A stretch of 64,000 bases of DNA from an uncultured virus (IMG/VR IMGVR_UViG_3300020120_000303) (IMGVR_UViG_3300020120_000303); one strand, 5' to 3'. Counted from the stretch's first letter, positions 18,319-27,945 are shown. Program-made: numbers and translations. Notes: generated by a model not told the origin, from the sequence alone.

Positions 18319-20163
18319 TCACGTCGTCCCGGTCTCGAGGGCGATCCTGGTGAAGGCGCTTTGCAGCTGCCCCGGCAGGAGATCCTTGATCATGTCGGCG
18401 ATCTCCTGGGCTGCCGCCTCGCCGCCGGCGCCGCTGTAGTTGATCGTGATCGGCGCGCTGACGCTGACCGCCCCGACCGTCCCGCCGGCACCGCGCTTGG
18501 CGTTGCGGATGTCCTGTGACGGTGCCGGGATCGCTCGGGCCGTGGCATCAGCAACACGCCCGCCCATGCCCTCGATGCCTGCCGCAAACCCCTCGCCACT
18601 CATCCGGCCATAGCGCTCGAACACCTTCGAGGGCGAGTGCATCTCGAGGACGGCTGGGGGGATCGCCTTGAGGTCCTCCATCATGTTGAAGAGCGCTGCC
18701 GGCGCCTTGCCGCTTTCAAGCCCGGCGGCGATCCCTTCGTCGGCGTTCTTGCCGACCCCAAACATCTTGTCCCAGAACATCATCGTTGCCTGAATGGATC
18801 CCGGCATCCACGACGATGTGGAAAACTCGGTCGGCTTTTCAGGGGCTGCGGAGACCCGCCGTGGGGCCATTGCGATGGACATCGAATTCTTCGGATTGAA
18901 GACGTCCTCGACGAATCCCAGCTGCCCTGCCGTTTTGGCCGAGCCCTTGCCTGGGGCCAACGCATCCTTCTTGCCGCCGGGCAGCTTGCCTAGGAACTCC
19001 AGGAACGCGACCCCCGCCTTCGTCGTCCCTTCGATGAGCCCGGGCAGCTTGGTGAAAAGGTTGATCAGCGAATCGGACAGACCCTTGATGTCGATCGCCG
19101 CCAGCGACTTCGCCACGCTCTGGAGCATCTGATCGAGCGAGTCGACGATCCGCTTGCCGTTGGGGCTATCGGGATCGAGCATGTCGGCGATGCGGCCAAA
19201 GGCGTTGCCCAGTTCGGTCACGCCCTTCGAATCAGCTAGGCCTTTGAAAAGCTCCTCCTTGGAGCCCAAGAGTCGGTCGAGCTGGGCCATCGGCGTCTTG
19301 CCCATTGCATCGGCCGTCGCTCCAGCCTGAGCACCTTTCGTGACCTTTTTTAGGGTGCGCTGGATGGCTCCGAAGATCAGGTCTGGCTTCACCCCGCCCT
19401 CGGGACCCATCTCTACGCGCTTCTGCGCCTCCAGTGAGCTGACGCCCATGTGCTTGGCGATGTCGCCGAAAAAATCCTTGTCGCTGACGCCCACGCCTCG
19501 GAGCAGCCTGTTGTCAAAGCCGCCCTTTCGCTGCGCCCTCGCCAGTTCGGCACCGACCTCCAAAGCCTTGGAGGTCTTGGCCGCCCTGTCAGGCAGACCA
19601 GGAGTGAGCGCAGTGATATCCGCGGCGATCGCGAAAGCTTTGTCGAGCTTGTCGACCGCCATCCCGGCCCGCAGCAGACCGGCCGCCATGCCTGTAAACG
19701 CCTCGTCCTCAATGCCTGTAGCGGAGCGCATGGCATCCGCGAGCGCCTGAATCCGTTTGGCGTCGGCGGGTCCGGCTATCGTCGACAGGATCCGGTTCGT
19801 CTCGCTGGCGATGCTCGACAGCTTGATCATGTCGACGCCTAGGTCGATGGCGCCGCGGCCCATAGCCTTGAGGCCTTCGAACGTTGCGAACCCCAGGAAC
19901 GAGGAGCCAGCGTCGCGGAAGAAGGTCCCGACCTGCCGGCCCAAGGCGCCCAGAACCTTCCCCATCCCGGTGCCCATGGCATCGACCGCCTTGTTGGCGC
20001 CGGCCGCGGCAATGGGCAGGGCGTTGAATGCCCGCAGGGTCATCTTCATGCCCGGATCGATCTTGACCAGCTGCTTGGTGATGCTGTTGAGCACCTTGTC
20101 CAGCGCCGGCAACGAGCCGAGCTTGGCGTCGAGAGCGAGGATGAATTTTAGCGGGGCGGCCAT
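18319..20163 (-). CDS. Tail tape measure protein
   Basis: 614 aa Ala/Gly-rich helical protein after the chaperone; C-terminal LEMHSPSKVF..G....EGFA.GI motif. Confidence 0.85.
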   Translation of the reverse strand: MAAPLKFILALDAKLGSLPALDKVLNSITKQLVKIDPGMKMTLRAFNALPIAAAGANKAVDAMGTGMGKVLGALGRQVGTFFRDAGSSFLGFATFEGLKAMGRGAIDLGVDMIKLSSIASETNRILSTIAGPADAKRIQALADAMRSATGIEDEAFTGMAAGLLRAGMAVDKLDKAFAIAADITALTPGLPDRAAKTSKALEVGAELARAQRKGGFDNRLLRGVGVSDKDFFGDIAKHMGVSSLEAQKRVEMGPEGGVKPDLIFGAIQRTLKKVTKGAQAGATADAMGKTPMAQLDRLLGSKEELFKGLADSKGVTELGNAFGRIADMLDPDSPNGKRIVDSLDQMLQSVAKSLAAIDIKGLSDSLINLFTKLPGLIEGTTKAGVAFLEFLGKLPGGKKDALAPGKGSAKTAGQLGFVEDVFNPKNSMSIAMAPRRVSAAPEKPTEFSTSSWMPGSIQATMMFWDKMFGVGKNADEGIAAGLESGKAPAALFNMMEDLKAIPPAVLEMHSPSKVFERYGRMSGEGFAAGIEGMGGRVADATARAIPAPSQDIRNAKRGAGGTVGAVSVSAPITINYSGAGGEAAAQEIADMIKDLLPGQLQSAFTRIALETGTT

Positions 20164-20167
20164 CTGC

Positions 20168-20357
20168 TCACGAGCCTCCTTTCAGGAACCGGCGCACGCC
20201 GCGCAGGCAATCGATGAGGTCTCCCACCACCAGCTCGCCAACCTCCGCCAGGTCGCTTTCCTCGTTGTGCAGGACCCATCGCAGCCAGGCCGTCACGGCC
20301 TCCCCGGTTTCGCGCAGGTCGGCGCGCGACCGTTGGAGACCGGCTACAATTTTTTTT
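20168..20357 (-). CDS. Tail assembly chaperone -1 frameshift extension (GT form)
   Basis: A8 slippery run at 20350-20357; the -1 frame is open (KKIVAGLQRSRADLRETGEAVTAWLRW...FLKGGS) to TGA 4 nt before the tape measure ATG. Confidence 0.8.
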
Positions 20358-20736
20358 CGGTGGCCTCTTGCCCCGAGCCGGACCAGCCGGCCAGCTTGTC
20401 GCCCCAGACCTCGGCCCAGCCAGGCCGCCGCTCGAGCATGGCGCTCAGCTCGGCGGTGGGCGGATGCACGCAGCAGCCGAACACCAGGGTTTCGAGCGCC
20501 ATGGCCCGCTGGTTGGGGTCCACGACCATGGACCGGAAGCGCTTGTACTCGCCCCGGCTGGGGGCCTTGCAGATGATGGCACCGCCCTCCTCGGTCACGA
20601 TCTGGCGCAGCTCGGTGGTGGGGAAGCGAGCCTTGACCGCTTCGATCACCTCCGGCGGGAACGCGGTCGGGATCAGATCGGTCACATCGTCTTGGGCTCG
20701 GCGTGCCGCAAGTTCATCCATGGTCCTGTCCTCCAT
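20344..20736 (-). CDS. Tail assembly chaperone (G form)
   Basis: Between tube and tape measure; ends GAA AAA AAA TTG TAG. Confidence 0.75.
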   Translation of the reverse strand: MEDRTMDELAARRAQDDVTDLIPTAFPPEVIEAVKARFPTTELRQIVTEEGGAIICKAPSRGEYKRFRSMVVDPNQRAMALETLVFGCCVHPPTAELSAMLERRPGWAEVWGDKLAGWSGSGQEATEKKL

Positions 20737-20739
20737 TGT

Positions 20740-21219
20740 CTAGAAGCCGATCCCGATGGGAGCGGCGATCATCCCGTCGACGCCCTCGATGACGCGCATG
20801 ACGTTCAGGGTGAGCGAGACCTTCGTGGGGTCGGTGCCGTCGGCGTTGTTGTAGTCCACCTTGACGATCCGGCAGCCCAGCAGCGTGTGGGTGACCACCG
20901 GCATCTGCGCCTCCGCGAACTGGACCACGACCGGGAACCGCACCTCGCCATAGCCCTGCCCCGCCAGGAACCCCACGGCGTTCAGGCTGGCCCGGAACAC
21001 CTCCCAGGCGCGCAGGTACATCTCGAGCGTGCCGTCCGCGGTCTGCTTGCCGCGGGTGGTGCCGAGCTTCTGCGAGCGCGTCCCGTAGACGTCGGCGACG
21101 TCGAGGCCGGTCGAGTAGTTGATCGCGGTGAAGTCCACGATCTTGATCCCAGGCAGCCCCGCCTCGATGGAGGCGAAGCTGTAGAAGTTGCCCTGAATCA
21201 GCGGGTTTTGCAGCGGCAT
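20740..21219 (-). CDS. Tail tube protein
   Basis: 159 aa beta-rich protein directly after the sheath. Confidence 0.8.
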   Translation of the reverse strand: MPLQNPLIQGNFYSFASIEAGLPGIKIVDFTAINYSTGLDVADVYGTRSQKLGTTRGKQTADGTLEMYLRAWEVFRASLNAVGFLAGQGYGEVRFPVVVQFAEAQMPVVTHTLLGCRIVKVDYNNADGTDPTKVSLTLNVMRVIEGVDGMIAAPIGIGF

Positions 21220-21232
21220 GGTGTCCCTTTCC

Positions 21233-22891
21233 TCAACCGATCGCGGGGTTGCTGAAGCCGATGCTGGTGGTGATGTGTTTGAGGTAGGCCTTCGGGATCA
21301 CGCGCACCGTGACCGGCTGGGAGGCGCCCGCCAACAGGTTCGCGGTCCGCGACATCACCACCTGGGCCGACGAGGCCATGCCGGGCGCGATGAGCCCGGC
21401 CCTCAGCTGGCTGTTGACGTCGGCCTCGAAGCGCTGGGCCTCCTTCTCGTCGATGAACCCGTTGGCGGCGATCGTCACCTCCTGGTTCAGGTACGGCAGC
21501 TCGGCCTGGCGGGTGATCCTGCAAGCCGTGTCCATGACCCGGCGGTTCATGCCGTAGGTGAAGTCGGACCCGCCGGGCGCCATCATCCGGAAATTGGTGA
21601 TGAAGTAGCCCTCTTTGCCCCGCTGCCTGGTCAGCGTGGTGAACCGCTGCTCGTCGAGGCCCGGCGTGGCGGCCTCGTTGCGGTAGAGCGAGGTGACCCC
21701 GGGCAAGGCGCCGCGGCCCACCCAGGCCGGATCCTCTTCCTGCGAGATGAGGGCGATCCGAGCGGTCACCACCCAGGCGCAGTTGCGCCGGTTGATCTTG
21801 GACGTGAGCGGCGAGACCAAGGCGGCGTCGCCCGCGCAGACCGTCACCCGCTTGGAGACGAAGGCCGCGAAGGCGCTGATCAGCACGCTGTCGGCCTCGC
21901 TCGTCGGGCACTCGGTGACGGCATAGGCGTACCGAAACGCCGTCTCCATCCCGGTCAATTTGGTGTCCACCGCGACCGCCAAGGTGTAGGCGTTGGCCGC
22001 GCTGCTGGGCGCGCCCACGACGTGGATGTGATCCCACTCCGTGGCCTGGCCGCTGAGCACGTCCATCGCGCTGTTGACGTCGCTGACCGTGAAGGCCGCG
22101 GCCACCGAGGTGAAGCTGTAGGTGTCGCCGGCGGTGAAGGTCCCCGCGAAGGTCAACACCAAGCCGGTGCCCGGGATCGCGTAGACCCCACCGCCCGGGA
22201 TGGCGATGATCGGCGAGACGCTGTTGGCGCCGTCGGTGCTGTACATGAAGGCGCCGACGCCGAGGCCGCCCGCGGTGTTGATCTGGACGATCGCATCGAA
22301 GGCATCGGTCGGGGACGAGGCCTGCGTGACGGTCGGGCCACCGCCCGCGTTGGTCACGACGCCGTTGGTCCCGACCGTGTAGGTCGCGTTGATGATGTAC
22401 GTCCCCGCGGCGAAAGAGAGGACGGTCAGGGTCCCGGGCACCAGGATCGTGGCGGCCGTCGGGACAGGCGCGCTGTAGGCGCCGCCGTCCACGCTGAACT
22501 GCACCTGCGACGTGGCCAGGATGCCCGCGGTCGAGATCTTGGCTACGATCACCCGGTCGGGCGCCAGGCTCACCGCCACGGTGCCGGTGCCGGGTCCCAC
22601 GTGGGTTGTGCCGCCCCCGGTGCCGTTGACGCCCGCCGTGCCCGGCGTGGTGGGGCTCGCGGGGCAGGCATAGACGGGCCCCCCGGCGACGTTCAGCACT
22701 TGGCCGATGGCCTCGACCAGCGGTCCCGATCCGAGGTCGGCCGAGAGCTGGTTGATGTCGCTGTACCCCTTTACCGTGTTGGGCACGCCCTTGCTGCAGA
22801 TCCCGATCTTGGCCGAGGCGCCGGCGACGTTTGGCGGGAGCGTGCCGAGCGCCCCGTCCTCGATCGTCATTGTGATCCCTGGTAGTGCCAT
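21233..22891 (-). CDS. Contractile tail sheath protein (DUF2586-like)
   Basis: ITMTIEDGALG N-terminus; DPAWVGRGAL, LDEQRFTT..GYFITN..M..GSDF...NRRVMD and VRVIP motifs. Confidence 0.88.
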   Translation of the reverse strand: MALPGITMTIEDGALGTLPPNVAGASAKIGICSKGVPNTVKGYSDINQLSADLGSGPLVEAIGQVLNVAGGPVYACPASPTTPGTAGVNGTGGGTTHVGPGTGTVAVSLAPDRVIVAKISTAGILATSQVQFSVDGGAYSAPVPTAATILVPGTLTVLSFAAGTYIINATYTVGTNGVVTNAGGGPTVTQASSPTDAFDAIVQINTAGGLGVGAFMYSTDGANSVSPIIAIPGGGVYAIPGTGLVLTFAGTFTAGDTYSFTSVAAAFTVSDVNSAMDVLSGQATEWDHIHVVGAPSSAANAYTLAVAVDTKLTGMETAFRYAYAVTECPTSEADSVLISAFAAFVSKRVTVCAGDAALVSPLTSKINRRNCAWVVTARIALISQEEDPAWVGRGALPGVTSLYRNEAATPGLDEQRFTTLTRQRGKEGYFITNFRMMAPGGSDFTYGMNRRVMDTACRITRQAELPYLNQEVTIAANGFIDEKEAQRFEADVNSQLRAGLIAPGMASSAQVVMSRTANLLAGASQPVTVRVIPKAYLKHITTSIGFSNPAIG

Positions 22892-22907
22892 CGTCTATTC
22901 CCCCGCC

Positions 22908-22936
22908 TGTTGACCTGTTCGTTGACCTGTTGACCT
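22908..22936 (+). repeat. 8-bp repeat array (TGTTGACC x3)
   Basis: TGTTGACC TGTT CGTTGACC TGTTGACC upstream of the sheath gene. Confidence 0.65.
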
Positions 22937-22948
22937 ACGGGTGCGCGT

Positions 22949-23236
22949 CTACTGGATCCCGACCTGCCCCGCCTCCATCACCGCGGCGTCGAACTCGGCC
23001 TCGGTCACCTCTTTGCCCTCGGGCCACTGCCTGTGGGCCTTGGCCTGCGTGTAGAGCACGAGCTTCGGGTTCTGCCGGGGCATCTGCACCTGCCGGCTGC
23101 CCATGCGCGCGGGCGTGGTGATGAGCGCGGGCAACATCCCCTTGGCCCTCGCCCACTCCTCGATCGTCTTGACCGGGCCCGTGGCTTGCGCCGGGGGGCC
23201 GCTGCTGGTCTTCTCTTCTTCGTCGTCGCTGATCAT
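22949..23236 (-). CDS. Small pre-sheath protein
   Basis: KTIEEWA...W..GKEVTEAEFDAAV; AGGAGG RBS. Confidence 0.7.
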   Translation of the reverse strand: MISDDEEEKTSSGPPAQATGPVKTIEEWARAKGMLPALITTPARMGSRQVQMPRQNPKLVLYTQAKAHRQWPEGKEVTEAEFDAAVMEAGQVGIQ

Positions 23237-23252
23237 GGCTGCGCGGCCTCCT

Positions 23253-23690
23253 TTAGCTGGGCGGATCGATGACGGGCACGAGCGGCCCGTCCGTGAAAGG
23301 CGCCGTCAATTCGCGGCGGTTGATCGGGATCAAGAACGACATCTCCTGCGTGACCAGGAAGCCGCGGCCGCTGAGCGCCTTGAGCGTCCAGGCGCCGGTC
23401 CCAGGCCGCACGGTCCAGCTGACCGCGGCGATGATCGCGTTGATCAGCTGCTCCTCGAGGTCCTCGACCGCATCCATCGAGTCGGCCCAGATGTGCATCC
23501 GGACACTTTCGACCTTGGTCAGCAGTGAGCGCGGGGCGCCGTGGGACCCCTCGTAGGTGCGGGTCGATGGCTCCATGACGATCCGGTTCGAGGGATCGTT
23601 CTTGGCGAGCTCGTCGCGGCCGCCGACCCGGTAAACCACGGTGGGCGGCAGCTGCGCCTTGATGGCGTCGAAGATGGCCGACAGGCTCAC
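23253..23690 (-). CDS. Putative tail terminator / neck protein
   Basis: GTG start overlapping the upstream stop; position between gpG-like gene and sheath. Confidence 0.6.
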   Translation of the reverse strand: MSLSAIFDAIKAQLPPTVVYRVGGRDELAKNDPSNRIVMEPSTRTYEGSHGAPRSLLTKVESVRMHIWADSMDAVEDLEEQLINAIIAAVSWTVRPGTGAWTLKALSGRGFLVTQEMSFLIPINRRELTAPFTDGPLVPVIDPPS

Positions 23691-24190
23691 GGCGTCCTCC
23701 CGGAGAACAGCGCCTTGATCCGCAAGCTTGCCTCGGCCCGGATCGCGGCGTCCCAGTAGGGGCCGATGTTGTCGATGGGCGGGATCATCATCCGCTGTGG
23801 GATCGTCACCGACTTGGCGAAGAAGCGTTTGCCGCCGACCTTCCAGGACAGGTTGCGCGCCCGCACGGGCCGGATGTTGGCCTTGCCGTATTGGTGCACA
23901 GGCGCGTACTGCGCCCCGATCACGAGCTCGAAACCGTCGGGCCTCGGGACCACCGTCGCCGAGGCCCGCATCCGCCCGGTCCGCAGCAGGGGCTTGCCGG
24001 CGCGCAGCCTCAGCGGCTTCCAGGCATTGCCGTACGGGTCGCGGCTGTCCCGGAACTGGTCCATGAGCTGTTTGAGCGCGGCTGCGCCCATGCCCTGGCA
24101 GAGCGAGGCCTGCCACTGGGGCGTGGCCACCAGGTTGACCCGGTTGATCAGCCTGGCCAGCCCGGTAAAGTCCCCCGACACGCCGGCCAT
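23687..24190 (-). CDS. Virion morphogenesis protein (Mu gpG-like)
   Basis: DPYGNAWKPL, LLRTGRMRAS, YAPVHQYG and IPQR motifs. Confidence 0.85.
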   Translation of the reverse strand: MAGVSGDFTGLARLINRVNLVATPQWQASLCQGMGAAALKQLMDQFRDSRDPYGNAWKPLRLRAGKPLLRTGRMRASATVVPRPDGFELVIGAQYAPVHQYGKANIRPVRARNLSWKVGGKRFFAKSVTIPQRMMIPPIDNIGPYWDAAIRAEASLRIKALFSGRTP

Positions 24191-24696
24191 CAGTCCCCCA
24201 CAAACCCGCCGCGCGGGCCGTTGAGATCGAAGGTCACCCCGTTGCCGTCGCCGCGGCTCGAGAAGCCCCGGGACGTGCCCGAGATGACCACCGGTCGGCG
24301 CGCGGCCTCGTTGACGTCGGGCGGGGCCGGCGTGGTGCCCACGGTGCCGTGCAAGGAGATGTCGCCGTCGCGCACGCCTTCAAACCACTTGATCGCGTCC
24401 TTGTAGCGCGTCTCGTAGATGTTGTCGGCGCCGTTCTCGGGCGCGTAGCCGACGCTCGAGAGCAGCAGGTAGGCGGCGATCCAGCTGACGTACATCGCGA
24501 CGTCCGTCCCCACATTCAGCAGGGGCAGCGTGAAGGGGTAGCCGTCGCGGTTGCTCAGATACCCGTCCGCCACGCGCGACGCTGCCTCGAGATCCCGGCC
24601 CACCATGTCTGGGGTGATCCCCTGGTCCTCGAGCAAATTCGGGCCGACCCCGAAATTTTCGAAGTCGGCTTCGGTGGCGTAGACGGTGACGGGCAA
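24190..24696 (-). CDS. Head-tail connector (Mu gp36 / DUF1320)
   Basis: YAT..D, AASRVADGYL..R..LPL and RYKDAIKWF motifs. Confidence 0.85.
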   Translation of the reverse strand: MPVTVYATEADFENFGVGPNLLEDQGITPDMVGRDLEAASRVADGYLSNRDGYPFTLPLLNVGTDVAMYVSWIAAYLLLSSVGYAPENGADNIYETRYKDAIKWFEGVRDGDISLHGTVGTTPAPPDVNEAARRPVVISGTSRGFSSRGDGNGVTFDLNGPRGGFVGD

Positions 24697-24709
24697 CTAC
24701 GTGGTCCCT

Positions 24710-25108
24710 TCAGCGACGCTTGCGCGCGGCCTGTTCCTCGGACAGCACACCCTCGGTCGACGCGCCTTCCCTGGGGCCACCGGCGTGTGCCAGCACGGCA
24801 CCCTCGCCGCCCCGGAGGCGCGCGTTCTCCTCCTTGAGGCGCGCGTTCTCGGCGACCAGGGCCGCGTGGTCCTGGGCCACGGTCAGCGGATCACCGGGCG
24901 CGCGGACCGTGAGGTGTGGATCCTTCTTCAGGATCTCGTAGGTCGCCTTGCCGATCCGAACGCCTTTGGCGGGATCGTGCGCAGGATCCTCGTCCTGATC
25001 GAGGACCTCCACCGGCGTGGGGGCCCCGCTCGGCCACTTGCGCCCGGCCCGGTAGGAGCCGTCGTGGCCGGGTCGGGGGACGGCTTGGACGTGAAATTTC
25101 GTTGCCAT
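24710..25108 (-). CDS. Mu-like post-capsid protein (HI1506-like)
   Basis: YRAGRKW...LKKDPHLTV plus coiled coil; ATG at 25108. Confidence 0.65.
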   Translation of the reverse strand: MATKFHVQAVPRPGHDGSYRAGRKWPSGAPTPVEVLDQDEDPAHDPAKGVRIGKATYEILKKDPHLTVRAPGDPLTVAQDHAALVAENARLKEENARLRGGEGAVLAHAGGPREGASTEGVLSEEQAARKRR

Positions 25109-25134
25109 GAATGTCGCCCTTTCTGTTGCCTGGG

Positions 25135-25232
25135 AAAAACCCCGCGGACACCGGCGCAACGGTCCACTTCGACCAGACGCCCCGTGTAAGGGCGCCGGGA
25201 GGATGCCGAGGACCAGCACCGGCGTCCGCGAG
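25135..25232 (-). terminator. Long hairpin plus U-tract after the major capsid gene
   Basis: 17-bp basal stem (25141-25157 / 25216-25232) with G-U pairs on the - strand, nested inner stems, then GTTTTT. Confidence 0.6.
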
Positions 25233-25238
25233 AAAAAG

Positions 25239-26162
25239 CTAGACCGTGACCGCTCGGATCGCGGTGAAGGGCAGGCCGTAGCCGGCCGCACCGCGGGCGT
25301 CCGAGCCGAACTCGTACTCCTTGCGGTAGAACACGTTGTCGAGAGACGCGTCGGTCCGGGTGATGAAGTCCGGCTCTTTGCGCACCTGCAAGATGATCGG
25401 CTTGAGCCGGGTGGTGCTGAGCAGGTAGTAAACCGTGGGCTCGTTTTCGAGCCGCGGGATCACCAGCACCTTCATCGGCCGGCCGCCCGCGATGCCCGCC
25501 AGCAGCGGGTTCGGGATGGCGGCGTTGTTGGACGCGACGACCGGCGCCATCGCCGTGGCAGCGTCCAGCGCGAGCGAGGGGGGCACCACGAGCAGGTCGG
25601 GGTAGATCTCCAACGACCGTCCCGACTCGCCCTTGAACGCCAGCATCTTGTTGGACAAGAAGGCCAGGTTCGTGGGGGTGATCGGCTTGGCCGTGAACAG
25701 GTTGGCGTACGTGCCAGCGCTGTCGTCGTCCAGGTTGATCGGGTGGTCGGTGTCGAAGAAGAACTGGCCGTCGAAGGCCGTGGTGGTCGAGCCCGCCTGC
25801 AAGCAGTCGAACACGAGGTTGTCCCACAGCGCCTTGGCCGCGTCGCCCAGCAGCTCGGCGTGCCGGCTGTAGATGCCGAACTGATCGTCTTCGATCTTGT
25901 TCCGGGAAACGGTGAAGCCGTCCTCCCAGTCCTTGTTGACGATCGAGTAGGCGCGGCTTGCCAGGTTGTGGAAGACCCGGGGGCCGATCCATTCCCGGAA
26001 GCCCGGGATCTCGGCCAGCCACGCGTACGTGTTCGACTCGGTCGTCGACGGCAACCGTTCGGCCAACTGTGGCCAGAAGATCGTGCGGTTGGCGAGGCCG
26101 AGGTCGAAGTCCTTGTGGAACTGCGTGAAGAGGAAATTGAGCGATGCCGGTGTGATCTGCAT
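25239..26162 (-). CDS. Major capsid protein (Mu gpT-like)
   Basis: YAWL..IPGFREWIGPR, NKDWE, IEDDQFGIY, FDGQFFFDTDHP, LLVVPPSL and FGSDARGAAGYG motifs. Confidence 0.95.
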   Translation of the reverse strand: MQITPASLNFLFTQFHKDFDLGLANRTIFWPQLAERLPSTTESNTYAWLAEIPGFREWIGPRVFHNLASRAYSIVNKDWEDGFTVSRNKIEDDQFGIYSRHAELLGDAAKALWDNLVFDCLQAGSTTTAFDGQFFFDTDHPINLDDDSAGTYANLFTAKPITPTNLAFLSNKMLAFKGESGRSLEIYPDLLVVPPSLALDAATAMAPVVASNNAAIPNPLLAGIAGGRPMKVLVIPRLENEPTVYYLLSTTRLKPIILQVRKEPDFITRTDASLDNVFYRKEYEFGSDARGAAGYGLPFTAIRAVTV

Positions 26163-26175
26163 GGTCGTCTCTCCC

Positions 26176-26604
26176 TCAGCTCGCGTGCTTCATCTGGACC
26201 CAGACGCCTTGGGCGTCGACCGCGATGATTTTTCCGGCTGCGGAGCGCGCGCCGCTGTTGTCCGTCTTGGCGACCGTGTGATCGTCGACGATGTAGCAGA
26301 TGTTGCCGACGTCGGCCTGGGCGATGAGATCGCCCGAGGCGCTGTTGTCCCAGCGGAAGATCCCGCTGTCGACGGCGCACTTGAACGCCTCGGCGGCGCC
26401 CCCCGTGTTGTCGTACGTGTCGCGCGAGCGCCCCACGCAGATGAGGCCCGTGGTGGTGGTGCCGGGCACCAGGCGCTTGTTGGTCCCGTCGATGCACGCG
26501 ATCGAGCCCAGCCACACCTTGGCGTTGGCCGCGATCGGGAAATCGTACGGGGCAATGTCCTGCCCCAGGCGGGGCGTGCTTCGTGGCTTTGTCAGAGCGG
26601 CCAT
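26176..26604 (-). CDS. Capsid decoration/cement protein
   Basis: MAALT..R.TP, DNTGGA, YIVDDHTVAKT...RSAAG...GVWV; between scaffold and capsid. Confidence 0.8.
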   Translation of the reverse strand: MAALTKPRSTPRLGQDIAPYDFPIAANAKVWLGSIACIDGTNKRLVPGTTTTGLICVGRSRDTYDNTGGAAEAFKCAVDSGIFRWDNSASGDLIAQADVGNICYIVDDHTVAKTDNSGARSAAGKIIAVDAQGVWVQMKHAS

Positions 26605-26614
26605 GTCGTCCTCC

Positions 26615-27748
26615 TCACTTCCCCTGCGCGGCAGCGTCGCGGCCGCAGACCTTTGCGATGTGGGCCTCGAGCGGATCGGGCATGCCGCCGCCTTCGACGT
26701 TCGGCGGCTTGAGGCCGCCCGGCGGGATGGCCACCTTGAGCGACAGGCAGGTCCGCAAAAACGCGATCCCGTCGTGGGTGATGCGCCCGCCGTTGAGCTT
26801 GAGCGCGTCCGCCTTGAGCTTGGTCCGGTCCGCCGGGGAGAGCCCCTTGGCGCTGGCCGCGTCGAGCACGCCTTCGAACTCGCCGCTGAGCTTCTCGTTT
26901 TCCAGCTCGGTGACCCGGGCCGAGAGCCGCTCGACCTCGCCGTGCGAGGCTTTCCAGGAGTGGATTTTTCCGATCGCCACCGCATCGCTGTCGGCGCCGG
27001 TGAGGCCGCGGACGTTACTGCGGAACGTGGACAGGGCGGTGACCGCCGCGGTCCGATCGGGAGCGCCGGCCGTTGCACCCAGCGACAGCACTGCGGTCAA
27101 CGTCTTGACCTCTTCGACGGCTGTCTGGCCATCGCCCGCGGCCGTTGACAGCTTCGCCGTCAGGTCGGCGTTGGTTGCCTCCAGCGCAGTCAGTTTTGCG
27201 GTGAGCTGCTCGTGCGCGGCCTGCAGCTCCTTGTAGAGCTTCTCGTAATCCATGCTGGTCCCCTCCTCTGTTCCGGTCGTTTGTCTCCGCGAGGCCGCGA
27301 CGAGCGGCGCGATCCCGCGCATGGCGGGGATATTCGTAAGCGCGAGGTTGAGGACCTCCTTGATGCGGCCCTCGTCGGTGTGTGAAAACGCCGGCGAGAA
27401 GTAGCGGTACTCGCCCGCCGACAAGTAGCCCGCGGCCTTGTCGGTCCACTTGCACTCGGTGGCCCACAGCTCGCCGTTGCGGATCTGCGGCACCCAGCTC
27501 ATGCACGACGCCGGCGCCTCGATCGGCGGCTCGGTGAGCGCCTGGTGCTCGTAGTCCATGGTCAGGTCGACCTTGCGGCGCCCGTACGACTCCATCACCG
27601 TGCGGGCCGCTTCCTCGTCGAACGTGAAGTCGCCCTTCTCCGTCTCGTTCACGCCGGCCCGGAAGATCCGGAACTCCGACGGCGGCACACGCAGCTCGAG
27701 CCCGACGAGGGCGTCGAACATCGTGGGCGCGGCGTAGAGCGGATTCAC
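26615..27748 (-). CDS. Prohead protease/scaffold (Mu gpI-like)
   Basis: MDYEHQ, WTDKA..YL...EYRYFSPAF and ALTNIPA motifs, coiled-coil scaffold half; internal GAGGAGGG-ATG near 27254 could start a gpZ-like scaffold. Confidence 0.92.
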   Translation of the reverse strand: MNPLYAAPTMFDALVGLELRVPPSEFRIFRAGVNETEKGDFTFDEEAARTVMESYGRRKVDLTMDYEHQALTEPPIEAPASCMSWVPQIRNGELWATECKWTDKAAGYLSAGEYRYFSPAFSHTDEGRIKEVLNLALTNIPAMRGIAPLVAASRRQTTGTEEGTSMDYEKLYKELQAAHEQLTAKLTALEATNADLTAKLSTAAGDGQTAVEEVKTLTAVLSLGATAGAPDRTAAVTALSTFRSNVRGLTGADSDAVAIGKIHSWKASHGEVERLSARVTELENEKLSGEFEGVLDAASAKGLSPADRTKLKADALKLNGGRITHDGIAFLRTCLSLKVAIPPGGLKPPNVEGGGMPDPLEAHIAKVCGRDAAAQGK

Positions 27749-27792
27749 CAGTCGCAGCGTGCAGGCGCGCGCAGGTCGCCTTCAAGGTTTCG
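27749..27792 (-). promoter_or_regulatory. Phage promoter motif (CGAAACC-TTGAAG-N18-CACGCT-N7-GTG)
   Basis: Heads the capsid/tail operon; overlaps the palindrome TTTCGCATGCGAAA at 27788-27801. Confidence 0.65.
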
Positions 27793-27945
27793 CATGCGAA
27801 AAGCTCAATATTCTCAGCAACTTACGGCTTCAAGACAATCGAGACAGGGGGGACTGTTACTAGATTCAGGAGAGGCAATATCAAATGCGCCCTCCCCCGG
27901 GCCCGCGCCCTGTGGGCTGGCAGCCGCGCGTGCGACGCTTGGCAG

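Noticed and set aside
9609..27748. eCIS/tailocin rather than phage tail
   Set aside because: Co-transcribed with capsid, protease and neck genes, with portal and terminase nearby.
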